Shown: positions 45,185 through 53,934 of the stretch, in pieces | Layout: every line of letters starts with the position of its first letter | How positions within the stretch are numbered: position 1 is the stretch's first letter | Source: Polyangiaceae bacterium | GTDB lineage: Bacteria > Myxococcota_A > Polyangia > Polyangiales > Polyangiaceae | NCBI GenBank assembly: GCA_043732195.1 | Contig: JAYTHX010000316.1 | Coordinates: 7,575-71,574 of the forward strand | Reading direction: 5' to 3' | Length of the DNA: 64,000 nt | Position numbers and translations under genes: made by a program | Notes under the pieces: generated by a model | What the model saw: the letters and a program-made list of their open reading frames with translations, nothing else | What the model was told of the DNA's origin: nothing | The model's database searches: none

Positions 45185-45978
45185 CGCGTACCCCCGCTCG
45201 CGCCGGTGCCGGTGCGCGGCGTGGTGCCCGCGCCGCCCGAAGATCCCGAGGAGCCGGCGGCCCCGCTGGGATCGCCGAAGTCCATCATGCCGCCGTCGGG
45301 GAGGAGCGCGCTGCCGGCGAAGCCGCCGCGCTGCGGGTTGGTGATGTACTGGACGAGCGGAAGCTCGCGGGCGTTCGTGCCCTCCTTCCACTTCACGGTC
45401 ACGCTGATGCGGCGGATGCTCGCCTCGAACATCGGCTTGATCGCGGGGTACAGGATGCCCATCACCATCGAGAGCAGGCCCTGGGCACCTGCGCCGCCGG
45501 CGCCCATCTGCGAGGTGAGCGCGGAGCCGATCCCGGCGAGGCCGGCGTCGACATCGAGGCTGAGCCCGGCGCCGCTGCCCGCGGGATTCACGAGGCCCGG
45601 GAGACCCGCGGTGCCCGCGGGATCGGAGCCGGGGCCGACGAGCGCTCCGCCGTCACCGAGCGAGTTGCCGCTGTTGAAGTTCGGCATCTCGACCTTCTCG
45701 ATGCGCGTGTCGCACGTGAAGACGCCGTTCTTCTCCTCGTCGCAGCACGGCATGCCGGGATCGATCGCGTCGAGCTCGGGGTAACCGAGCTTGAGCATCT
45801 TCTCCTCGATCTCGCTCATCTTGCAGCGCCCGAGCGTCACCGCCTGACCCATGTTGGCCGACGCGCGATTGGATGCGGCCAGCCCCCCTTGCGCCGAGAG
45901 GATCACGGTGAGCACCAGCCCGAGGATCGCGATGGCGACCATCACCTCGAGCAACGAGAACCCGCGCCGGGAATTCAG
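45181..45978 (-). CDS. gspI: type II secretion system minor pseudopilin GspI, unusually long with a Gly-rich C-terminal half
   Basis: Prepilin motif NSRRG/FSLLEVMVAIAILGLVL. The start is uncertain. The track ORF begins at TTG 46119; CTG 45978 would give a canonical 6-aa leader and matches the homologous position of gspH. Confidence 0.65.
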   Translation of the reverse strand: MNSRRGFSLLEVMVAIAILGLVLTVILSAQGGLAASNRASANMGQAVTLGRCKMSEIEEKMLKLGYPELDAIDPGMPCCDEEKNGVFTCDTRIEKVEMPNFNSGNSLGDGGALVGPGSDPAGTAGLPGLVNPAGSGAGLSLDVDAGLAGIGSALTSQMGAGGAGAQGLLSMVMGILYPAIKPMFEASIRRISVTVKWKEGTNARELPLVQYITNPQRGGFAGSALLPDGGMMDFGDPSGAAGSSGSSGGAGTTPRTGTGASGGTR

Positions 45979-46115
45979 GCGGAGGCTCGGAGCATCGGAA
46001 AGGTTCGACGCAGGTCGCCCCGAGCTGCCGGGCACGCCACGACCGGCCGGGTCGCGATTGGAAAACGCTCCGGGCCTCCGAGCCTCCTGCACATCTCGTC
46101 TCGTCGCGGGGGGGC

Positions 46116-46826
46116 TCAAAAGGCACCCGGGTCTTCGCGATCGGACGATTCCTTGTCGTCGATCGGCTTGGGGACGACCACGGCGCCGTCCTTCACCGTC
46201 ACCTTCGCGGTGAGCGGCGCGACGAGGAGCGAGATCGCGTCCTTGTCGTCGTTCGCCTCGCCGATCTTGAGCTGGATCGAGGCGCGCTCGGTCTGCCCGC
46301 CGGGCCAGAAGTAGAGGTACGCGCGGCCTTCCTTGCGCGGCTGATCGTCGTGCGCGGTCTGCACCTCGCGGAACTTGATGCCGCGCTCGAGCTGCTTGTG
46401 GCCCTTGCCCGGCGAGCTCGCGGCGAGGCCCATCGCATCGATCTCGCGGAACGCGGTGCGCGGCGCGGTCGGGCCCTTGACGATGCGGCTCCCCTCCTCG
46501 ATGGCGAGCTTCTCCGCGCCGGTCGCGGCGGCGGCGCCGCCGGTGCCGGTCAGGTCCTTCGACTGGACGAGCATGGGCTGGTCGCCCTCCTCGAGCCAGA
46601 TCTCGTTCTCCGTGAAGTCCATCACCAGGCGCACACTCTTCGAAGTGGCGCTCGCGCGCGAGAACCCGACGCGGATCGCGCCGACGATCATCGTCGACGA
46701 GTGCCGCAGCCGCGAGCTCCCGAGCTGCCCGGACCCGATCACCGTAGCGCCCATGATGAGCGCCACGATGGCCATGACGATGAGCACCTCGATGAGCGTG
46801 AGCCCCCGCTCAGCGATGCGCCGCAC
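46116..46826 (-). CDS. gspH: type II secretion system minor pseudopilin GspH
   Basis: Prepilin motif RRIAERG/LTLIEVLIVMAIVALI. GTG 46826 gives an 8-aa leader (alternative GTG 46847). The upstream part of the 320-aa track ORF is low-GC3 leader sequence. Confidence 0.7.
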   Translation of the reverse strand: MRRIAERGLTLIEVLIVMAIVALIMGATVIGSGQLGSSRLRHSSTMIVGAIRVGFSRASATSKSVRLVMDFTENEIWLEEGDQPMLVQSKDLTGTGGAAAATGAEKLAIEEGSRIVKGPTAPRTAFREIDAMGLAASSPGKGHKQLERGIKFREVQTAHDDQPRKEGRAYLYFWPGGQTERASIQLKIGEANDDKDAISLLVAPLTAKVTVKDGAVVVPKPIDDKESSDREDPGAF

Positions 46827-46865
46827 CCCGCCCCGGCGAGAGTTCACACGGAGACTCGGGGCAAC

Positions 46866-46920
46866 GGAGCGTTTCGAAGTCCGGCTGTCGCTCTGCAGCG
46901 AGCCCCTTCGAAAACGCTCC
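46866..46920. other. imperfect hairpin in the gspG-gspH intergenic leader
   Basis: ggagcgtttcgaag (46866-46879) pairs with cttcgaaaacgctcc (46906-46920), with one bulged A and a 26-nt loop. The adjacent gaaaacgctccgRgcctccgag module recurs at 46060-46088 upstream of gspI. Confidence 0.5.
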
Positions 46921-46977
46921 GAGCCTCCGAGGCTCCGTATGAAATCGCTGGTCTTCATGGGGTACTGCGCGCGAGCG

Positions 46978-47430
46978 CTACTGCGTCTTCGCCGGGGTGA
47001 GGTCAGGGATCTTGATGTCGTCGGCGGTGCCTTCCTTCTTGTCCGGACCAAGGCTAAGCACCGTGACGTCCTCGTCACCGCAGATGATCTTGTACGGGCT
47101 GTCCCACGGGTCGGTGATCTTCGACGACTTGCTCAGCTCGTTCTTGTCGCGCAGCAGCTCGACGGTCGGACAGCCTTCGCCCGTGTGATCGACGCGGTAC
47201 TTCTCGGCCGCCGGATGGATGGTCCGCGCGTCGATCTGCGCCTGCTTCTTCTGCGCCTCCTGGTACTTCGGCACGGCGACGACCGCGACGCCGCCGGCGA
47301 TGAGCCCGACGATCGCGAGCACGATCAGGATCTCGATGAGCGTGACGCCGCGCTTGGCAAGGGCCGCGCGCCTCGCCCGTGAGAGCCACGTCCTGCTCAG
47401 ACCGCTGCTGCTGCTGCTGTTCGTCTTCAT
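46978..47430 (-). CDS. gspG: type II secretion system major pseudopilin GspG
   Basis: AKRG/VTLIEILIVLAIVGLIAGG and the GspG C-domain (DPWDSPYKIICGDEDVTVLSLGPDKKEGTADDI). Start at ATG 47430 or GTG 47454 (GTGA overlap). The leader is 29-37 aa and includes an (AGC)5 Ser run. Confidence 0.85.
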   Translation of the reverse strand: MKTNSSSSSGLSRTWLSRARRAALAKRGVTLIEILIVLAIVGLIAGGVAVVAVPKYQEAQKKQAQIDARTIHPAAEKYRVDHTGEGCPTVELLRDKNELSKSSKITDPWDSPYKIICGDEDVTVLSLGPDKKEGTADDIKIPDLTPAKTQ

Positions 47431-47450
47431 GACCACAGATCTCCTTGTTT

Positions 47451-47870
47451 TCACTCGACCCGGTCGAGCCCGAAGGGCTCACCGTCTGGTCCATCGCTCG
47501 CAAGATCGAAGCCGCGCGGGTCGCGCCTACCGGGACAGGTCATTCGGAGAGGCCGACCCCACGCGTCGATCGGGATCTCTGCAGCGTAACCACCCGTGAC
47601 GAGGTCCCCGAGCTCCTTGGGGCAGGCGCTGCCGTGGTCTGCGCGGAAGGCGGAGATCGCGGCGTGCGCGGTCGTGATCGTAGCGCGGGTGGCGCGAACG
47701 CCGGCGGCCCGCTCCTCACGCGACCGGATCAGCACGAAGGCGAAAAGCCCAACGACTCCTGCGACCACGAGACGCACCCGGGCTCGCCCCAGGATGCCGA
47801 AGACGCCGCGTCTCCGCTCCCACGGGAAGAACACCTTCGATGCGCGCGGGCGGAGGGCCATCGTCGTCAT
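47451..47870 (-). CDS. GspG C-domain-like bitopic protein without a canonical prepilin cleavage motif
   Basis: TM helix LVVAGVVGLFAFVLI, then ISAFRADHG.CP..LGDLV.....IPIDAWGRPLRMTCPGRRDPRGFDLASDGPDGEPFGLD, which resembles the T2SS_G domain. There is no G-F/L-T-L-I-E motif. Confidence 0.6.
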   Translation of the reverse strand: MTTMALRPRASKVFFPWERRRGVFGILGRARVRLVVAGVVGLFAFVLIRSREERAAGVRATRATITTAHAAISAFRADHGSACPKELGDLVTGGYAAEIPIDAWGRPLRMTCPGRRDPRGFDLASDGPDGEPFGLDRVE

Positions 47871-47873
47871 CCT

Positions 47874-49259
47874 TCAGTTCACGAAGTCGTTCATCTGGAT
47901 GAGGGGCATGAGGATGGAGAAGGCGATGAAGCCGACGCCGCCCCCCATGAACACGATGATGAGCGGCTCGAGGAGGCTCGTCATCGCCTGGACGCGCGTC
48001 TCGACCTGCGAGTCGTAGGCGCGCGCGACGTTCTCGAGCATCTGCTCGAGCTGACCCGACTTCTCGCCGACCGCGATCATGTGGACCACGATGGGCGGGA
48101 ACTCCTTGCTCTTCTTGAGCGGCGCGGCGATCGACTCGCCTTCGCGGATCGACAGCGCGGCGTCCTCCACGATCTTCGAGAGCTTCGCGTTGTCGAGGAC
48201 GTGGCGGACGATCTCCATCGCCCGCAGGAGCGGCACGCCGCTCTTGAGCAGCGTGGAGAGGGTGCGCGAGAAGCGCGACACCGCGAGCATGCGGAAGACC
48301 GGCCCGAAGAGCGGGAGCTTCAGCTTCGTACCGTCGAACCAGAGCTGCCCCGCGGCTGTTCCCAGGAACTGCACGAACTTCGAGAGCACGCCGCCGGCGA
48401 TGAGCCCGATCACGAGGCCGATGCCGTAGTGGAGCATCGACGCCACGACGAAGAAGAAGAGCACCAGCGCGGCGCCCACGATCGCGGCGAGCACGGTGAA
48501 GAGCGTCTTCTTCGCGCCGGGCGCGATGGCCTTGCGGATGAAGACGAACGCCAGCATCGACGTGATGAAGCCCAGCATCTCGTTCGAGGACAGGGCGCTC
48601 GAGACGAAGATGAGGAGCGCGGTGTACCAGGGCAGCGCGCGATCGAGCGTGGCGTAGATGTTCGTCACCTTGGGGACGACGACGATCATCATCATCGTCA
48701 TGAGCAACACGCCCATACCCAGCATGAGGATCGGGTACGCGAGCGCGGCGGTGACCTTGCCGCGGAGGCGCGCGGCGCCCTCCATGAAGTCGGCGAGGCG
48801 CTCGAGGACCTGCTCGAGGGTGCCCGAGGCCTCGCCGGCCGCGACCATGTTCACGTAAATGGGCGGAAAGATGTTGCCGTGCGGCTCGATCGACTTCGCG
48901 AGGCTGGTGCCCTCGTTGAGGTCGTCGCGCACGTTCGCGAGGACCTTCTTCAGCTCGTCCTTCTCGACCTGCTCGGTGAGCGCGCTCACCGATTCGACGA
49001 GCGGGATGCCGGCGCCGACGAGCGTGGCCAGCTGGCGCGTCATCATCGCGACGTCGCTCGTCGACACGCGGTTGAAGAACGCGCCGAGGTTGATGGCGCG
49101 GCTCCCCTTCTTCTTGTCCTTCTCCTCGTTCGCCTCCGTGAGGAGAATGCCCTCGCGCTTCAGCGCGGTGCGCAGGACCTTCGGGTTGTCGGCGTCGCGG
49201 ACGCCGTGCACGTGCTTGCCGGTGGCAACGAGGAGCCCGCGATAGACGAAGACCGCCAT
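47874..49259 (-). CDS. gspF: type II secretion system inner-membrane platform protein GspF
   Basis: Two GspF repeats (TRQLATLVGAGIPLVESV; SRFSRTLSTLLKSGVPLLRAMEIV). 461 aa, with an extra hydrophobic insertion between the repeats. Confidence 0.9.
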   Translation of the reverse strand: MAVFVYRGLLVATGKHVHGVRDADNPKVLRTALKREGILLTEANEEKDKKKGSRAINLGAFFNRVSTSDVAMMTRQLATLVGAGIPLVESVSALTEQVEKDELKKVLANVRDDLNEGTSLAKSIEPHGNIFPPIYVNMVAAGEASGTLEQVLERLADFMEGAARLRGKVTAALAYPILMLGMGVLLMTMMMIVVVPKVTNIYATLDRALPWYTALLIFVSSALSSNEMLGFITSMLAFVFIRKAIAPGAKKTLFTVLAAIVGAALVLFFFVVASMLHYGIGLVIGLIAGGVLSKFVQFLGTAAGQLWFDGTKLKLPLFGPVFRMLAVSRFSRTLSTLLKSGVPLLRAMEIVRHVLDNAKLSKIVEDAALSIREGESIAAPLKKSKEFPPIVVHMIAVGEKSGQLEQMLENVARAYDSQVETRVQAMTSLLEPLIIVFMGGGVGFIAFSILMPLIQMNDFVN

Positions 49260-49262
49260 GGG

Positions 49263-51083
49263 CTAGACCCTCACGTTGCGGACGCTGGGACGATCCGGCT
49301 CGATCTCCATGTCGTCTTGGGTGGCGAGAAGGACCTCTTCGACGCTCGTCATCCCGGAGAGGACCTTGCGCGCGCCGTCGTCGCGGAGGCCGTCCATGCC
49401 CTGCTCCATCGCCGCACGCTTGATGGTCTGCGCGTCGGCGCCCTTGAGGACGAGCGGTCCCACCGCGTCGTCCATCATCAACAGCTCGTAGATGCCGCGG
49501 CGACCCATGAAGCCGGTCGACGCGCACTTGTCACAGCCCTTGGGGCGGAAGATCGTGACGTACGGGCCGGGGTACGTGTCGAGCACGTCGTCGGCGAGGT
49601 TCATGGCGCGCGGGTAATAGCGCGAGCCGGGGATCACCTTGCGCTTGCGGCGCCCGGCGCAGCGCTCGGGCGTGATGCCGAGCTCCTCGAGATCGTTCGG
49701 CGAGGCCTCGTAGGCCTCCTTGCAGTGCGGGCACAGCATGCGCACGAGGCGCTGGGCGAGCACGCCGACCACCGAGGAGCGGAGAAGGAACGGCTCGACG
49801 CCCATGTCGATCATGCGCGTGAAGGCGCCGGGCGCGTCGTTCGTGTGGATGGTGGAGAGCACGAGGTGACCCGTGAGAGAAGCGTTGATGGCGATCTCGA
49901 CCGTCTCCTTGTCGCGGATCTCGCCGACCATGACGACGTCCGGATCCTGGCGGAGGAAGGCGCGGAGCGCGCTCGCGAACGTCAGCCCGATCTTGGCGTT
50001 GACGTGCACCTGATGGATCTGGGGGAGCTCGTACTCGACCGGGTCTTCGGCGGTGAGGATGTTGATGTTGGGCTTGTTTATGCGGTTGAGGCACGCGTAG
50101 AGCGTGGTGGTCTTCCCGGAGCCGGTGGGACCGGTGACGAGGATGATGCCGTCCGGCTTGTGGATGAGCGCATCCATCAAGTGGTAGTCGCGCGGGCTGA
50201 AGCCGAGGTCGGGCAGGTCGAGGAGGACGCTCGACTTGTTGAGGAGACGCATCACGATCCGCTCGTAGGCGCGGCTCGTGGGGATGGTGCTGACGCGGAT
50301 GTCGAAGCCCTTGCCGGCGATCTTCTTCGTGATGCGCCCGTCCTGCGGAAGACGCTTCTCGGCGATGTTCAGCGAAGCCTCGATCTTGATCCGGCCGACG
50401 ATGGAGTTCATGAACGCTCGGGGGGCGCGGCGAGCAACGTAGAGCTCGCCGTCGATCCGGTAGCGGACGATGACCTCCTTCTCTTCCGGCTCGATGTGGA
50501 TATCGCTCGCGCGCTCCTTCATCGCTTGCAGGAAGAGAGAGTTGACCCAGCGGATGACCGGCGCCTCGTCGTCGGAGTCGAGGATGTCGCCGCCGTCGAC
50601 CTCGTGCTCGTCGATCTGACCGCCGTCGTTCTCGAGCACGCCGCCGCCGGCCTCGCGCTCGTACACGCGGTTGATGGCGTCGGTGATCTTCTCGCTGGAG
50701 GCGACGCTCACCTCGACGCCCTTGCCGAAGAGGATCCGCATCTCGTCGAGCGCGACGGTGTCGAACGGATCGCCGATGAGCGCGTAGACCGCCGCGTCGT
50801 CCTCGGAGACGACGAGGATCTTGTGGTTCTTCGCGAACGAGATGGGCAAGCGCGTCGCGAGCTCGGTGGAGATGCGCTCGACGTCGGGCCGGTCGACGTA
50901 CGGCAGCTCCGCCTCCGCGGCGAGCGCCTGCGCGATCGACGCGTCGTCGAGGACGTTGCCGTTCACCAGCAGGTCGGTGAGGTCGATCCCCTTCTCGCGC
51001 TGGATCGCATACATCGCCTCGAGGCGATCGAGCGGGATGCCTGCGCGTCGATGAAGGATCTCACCCAGGAATCGCTGCTCCAT
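49263..51083 (-). CDS. gspE: type II secretion system ATPase GspE
   Basis: T2SSE N-domain, Walker A GPTGSGKTTT, Asp box, Walker B and His box. Tetracysteine CPHC...CDKC. Confidence 0.95.
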   Translation of the reverse strand: MEQRFLGEILHRRAGIPLDRLEAMYAIQREKGIDLTDLLVNGNVLDDASIAQALAAEAELPYVDRPDVERISTELATRLPISFAKNHKILVVSEDDAAVYALIGDPFDTVALDEMRILFGKGVEVSVASSEKITDAINRVYEREAGGGVLENDGGQIDEHEVDGGDILDSDDEAPVIRWVNSLFLQAMKERASDIHIEPEEKEVIVRYRIDGELYVARRAPRAFMNSIVGRIKIEASLNIAEKRLPQDGRITKKIAGKGFDIRVSTIPTSRAYERIVMRLLNKSSVLLDLPDLGFSPRDYHLMDALIHKPDGIILVTGPTGSGKTTTLYACLNRINKPNINILTAEDPVEYELPQIHQVHVNAKIGLTFASALRAFLRQDPDVVMVGEIRDKETVEIAINASLTGHLVLSTIHTNDAPGAFTRMIDMGVEPFLLRSSVVGVLAQRLVRMLCPHCKEAYEASPNDLEELGITPERCAGRRKRKVIPGSRYYPRAMNLADDVLDTYPGPYVTIFRPKGCDKCASTGFMGRRGIYELLMMDDAVGPLVLKGADAQTIKRAAMEQGMDGLRDDGARKVLSGMTSVEEVLLATQDDMEIEPDRPSVRNVRV

Positions 51084-51091
51084 GATCGCTC

Positions 51092-53686
51092 TTACTTCTC
51101 GATCTTCTCGATGTTGCGGACCGCGGGGTTCACGTTGATCGGGGGCGTCGCGCCGCCAGGCGCGGTGGTGCCTCCGGTGCCGCCCGCGGGGCGCGTGGTG
51201 CCCTGGGGCATCTCGAGCGGGCGCTGCGGATCGTGCGTCTTCAGCTCGCGCGGCTTGGTGATCTCATCGAGGCGCTTGCGCTCGTCCAGCCCGAAGTAGG
51301 ACTGGCGGATGTCCTCGACGAGGCCGTTCATGCGTGACCAGTCCTTCGGCGGCTTGTAGTCCGAGGAGTCGGAAAAGACGAAGTAGCGGTCGAGGTACTC
51401 TTGGCGCTCCTGCATCTTGCGTTCGAATACGGTGCGGAGGTCCTGCTGGTTCCGGATGATGTACGGCGTCATCACGAGGATGAGGTTCCGCTTCTCGACG
51501 GTGTCCTTGCGCTTGCGGAAGAGCGCGCCGAGCACCGGGATGTCGCCGAGGACGGGGACCTTCTCCTCGGCGCGCGACGTGACGTTGCGGATGAGGCCGC
51601 CGATCACGACCGTCTGCTGGTCCTGGACGACGAGCTTCGTGGTCGCGGTGCGCTTGCTGATCGGGATGGCGCCAAGCGTTCCGCCGAGGGGCGCGCCCTG
51701 CTCGCTGATCTCCTCGCTCACGTCGAGGCGGACCTCGTTCGAGTCGTTGAGGTGCGGCTTGATCTTGATCTTGGTGCCGACGTCCTGGCGGGGCGAGCCG
51801 ACCGAGCCGAAGCCGCCGAGCCCACCGAGCGCTCCGAGCGCTCCGGCCGCGCCCGCGGCACCGGGGAACGAGCTGACCGCGTTCGTCTGGAGGGGGATGT
51901 TGTCGCCGACGTTGATCTCGGCGTCCTCGTTGTCGAGCGCGAGGATATGAGGCGTGGAGAGCAGGTCGGAGTCGCCGGTCTGCGCGAGCGCCTGGATGAA
52001 CGTTCCGAACGCGGGCACCGAGATGCCGGTGCCGAGGAAGTTCTGCGAGCCCGAGATGCCTGGGCCGCGCACGCCGAGCGCGAAGCCCTGGAGCGCGTCG
52101 GGGTCGGTGGGCACCGGCGGGATGGTGTTCGTGATCTTGTTACCGCCGAACACGAGCGAGTCGTTCGCGTTGTCCGTGTCGAACGGCGCGCCACCGTGGA
52201 AGCTCACGCCGAGCGAGTTCGAGCGCTTCAGCTGGAGGTCCATGATGACCGCCTCGATGAACACCTGGCGCCGCGGCTGATCGAGGCGGTCGATGACGGA
52301 GCGCAGCGACGCGTAGTCGCGCAGCGACGACGTGACGACGATCGAGTTCGTGGCCTTGTCGGCCGAGACCTTCACGCCGCCCTCGAAGATGCCGGTCGCC
52401 TGCGCCGCGGGCTGCGCCTGCGCCTGGCCGCGGCCGCCGCCGCCCTGGGGCGCCGCGGAGTTCGAGCCGGTGATGATGTCGGTGAGCGTCTTGGTGAGCT
52501 CGGTCGCGTCCGCGTGCTGGAGCGGCAGGACGTGGATCTCGCCCTCGCCGGTCTGCGGCACGTCGATGCGCTTGATCAGCTCGAGGATACGCAGGTACGC
52601 GCGCTCCGTGGCGACGATGACGAGGGAGTTCGAGCGATCGTCGGAGACGATCTTCGCGACGTGGAGATCGCCGATCGAGGGCGCGACCGAGGTGGAGCCG
52701 CCGCCGGGCTTCGGCGAGGAGGGCGCGCCGCCGGCGCTGCCGCTCTTCACGTCGAACAGCTCGTTGATGCGCTTCTCGACGTCGCTCGCGGACGCGTAGT
52801 GCACGGGCTCGATGAAGATCTGGTCGCCGCTCGAGCCGACGTCGATCTCCTCGAGGATCTGCATCATCCGCCGGATGTTCGTCCCGGTGTCGGTGAGGAT
52901 GATCATGTTCGAGGGGCCGTAGACGGTGATGTCGGCCTCCTTGGACTTGAACTTGCCGAGCACGTTCGCCGCGTCGTCGGCGCTGATGTGGCCGAGGCGG
53001 TGCATGCGCGTGACGAAGCGATCCTCGGCGGGCGAGCTCTGCGAGGCGCCGTAGATCGGCGTGCCCTGGTTCGCGACCTGGTTGGTCTCGACGATCTTGA
53101 GGAAGCGGCCGTGCGGGACGACGGTGAGGCCGTTCGTCTCGAGGATGGAGAGGAACGCCTGGTAAGCCTCGGAGACGGTGACCTTCTGCGGCGAGTAGAC
53201 CGTCGCCTTGATGTTCTTGACCTTGCCGCCGAAGATGAAGCGCTTGCCGGTGAGCTGCGCGATGACGCGCACGAGCTCGGCAAGGTCCGCGTCCTCGAGG
53301 GAGAAGGCGACGCGGTAGTTCGGGCTGCGCGGCTCGAACTCGAGCGCGTTCTCGAACTGCCCGAGCGACGTGGTGTCGGAGGGCGCCTTGGTGCCTGGCG
53401 CCTGCGGGCCCTTGCCGAGCGCGCCTGCGGCCGGAACACCGCCGGTCGCGCCGGGCGCGGGCGTCGCCGTTCCCGCGGGCGCGGGCGCGGGCGTCGCGGG
53501 GGTCGCGGGGGTCGCGGGGGTCGCGGGGGGCGCCGGGATCCCGACGGTCGCGGCCCCGGCAGCGGTGCCCGCGTTCACGCGGTCCTTCAGACGCGGCTGC
53601 GCATGCACGAGCCCCACCGTCAGAGGAACAGCGCCGATCGTCAGCAGAAGGATATGCCTGGTCTTCATCGTGCTCGGAAAGGACAA
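51092..53686 (-). CDS. gspD: type II secretion system secretin GspD
   Basis: 864 aa. Signal peptide, repeated N-domains and a secretin C-domain (VPVLGDIPVLGALFR). A PAT repeat near the N-terminus is encoded by 9-bp tandem repeats at about 53490-53530. Confidence 0.95.
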   Translation of the reverse strand: MSFPSTMKTRHILLLTIGAVPLTVGLVHAQPRLKDRVNAGTAAGAATVGIPAPPATPATPATPATPAPAPAGTATPAPGATGGVPAAGALGKGPQAPGTKAPSDTTSLGQFENALEFEPRSPNYRVAFSLEDADLAELVRVIAQLTGKRFIFGGKVKNIKATVYSPQKVTVSEAYQAFLSILETNGLTVVPHGRFLKIVETNQVANQGTPIYGASQSSPAEDRFVTRMHRLGHISADDAANVLGKFKSKEADITVYGPSNMIILTDTGTNIRRMMQILEEIDVGSSGDQIFIEPVHYASASDVEKRINELFDVKSGSAGGAPSSPKPGGGSTSVAPSIGDLHVAKIVSDDRSNSLVIVATERAYLRILELIKRIDVPQTGEGEIHVLPLQHADATELTKTLTDIITGSNSAAPQGGGGRGQAQAQPAAQATGIFEGGVKVSADKATNSIVVTSSLRDYASLRSVIDRLDQPRRQVFIEAVIMDLQLKRSNSLGVSFHGGAPFDTDNANDSLVFGGNKITNTIPPVPTDPDALQGFALGVRGPGISGSQNFLGTGISVPAFGTFIQALAQTGDSDLLSTPHILALDNEDAEINVGDNIPLQTNAVSSFPGAAGAAGALGALGGLGGFGSVGSPRQDVGTKIKIKPHLNDSNEVRLDVSEEISEQGAPLGGTLGAIPISKRTATTKLVVQDQQTVVIGGLIRNVTSRAEEKVPVLGDIPVLGALFRKRKDTVEKRNLILVMTPYIIRNQQDLRTVFERKMQERQEYLDRYFVFSDSSDYKPPKDWSRMNGLVEDIRQSYFGLDERKRLDEITKPRELKTHDPQRPLEMPQGTTRPAGGTGGTTAPGGATPPINVNPAVRNIEKIEK

Positions 53687-53736
53687 GTGAGTGCTGCGGT
53701 ACGGCGGAGAGCAGAGAGCGAGCGAGACGGGGGAGG

Positions 53737-53934
53737 TCAGATCGAGAGAGGCTTCTTCACGGCCGGCGTGTCCGTGGCCTGCGCGGCGCCGCCGGCGTTG
53801 AGCGCGCGGCTGGTGACGGCGACGGCGACGACACTGAGGACGCCCACGAAGATCACGCAGGCGGCGACGAGGACGCCGACCGTGCGGAGCGTGCGGGTCG
53901 TCAGCGTGGAGTTCTTTGCTTCGGTGTTGCTCAT
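53737..53934 (-). CDS. 65-aa single-pass membrane protein, if separate from gspC
   Basis: ATG 53934 is preceded by aaggacaggagcacc (GGAG 7 nt upstream). MSNTEAKNSTLTTRTLRTVGVLVAACVIFVGVLSVVAVAVTS.. In the sequence as given it is in frame with gspC, with no intervening stop. Confidence 0.4.
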   Translation of the reverse strand: MSNTEAKNSTLTTRTLRTVGVLVAACVIFVGVLSVVAVAVTSRALNAGGAAQATDTPAVKKPLSI

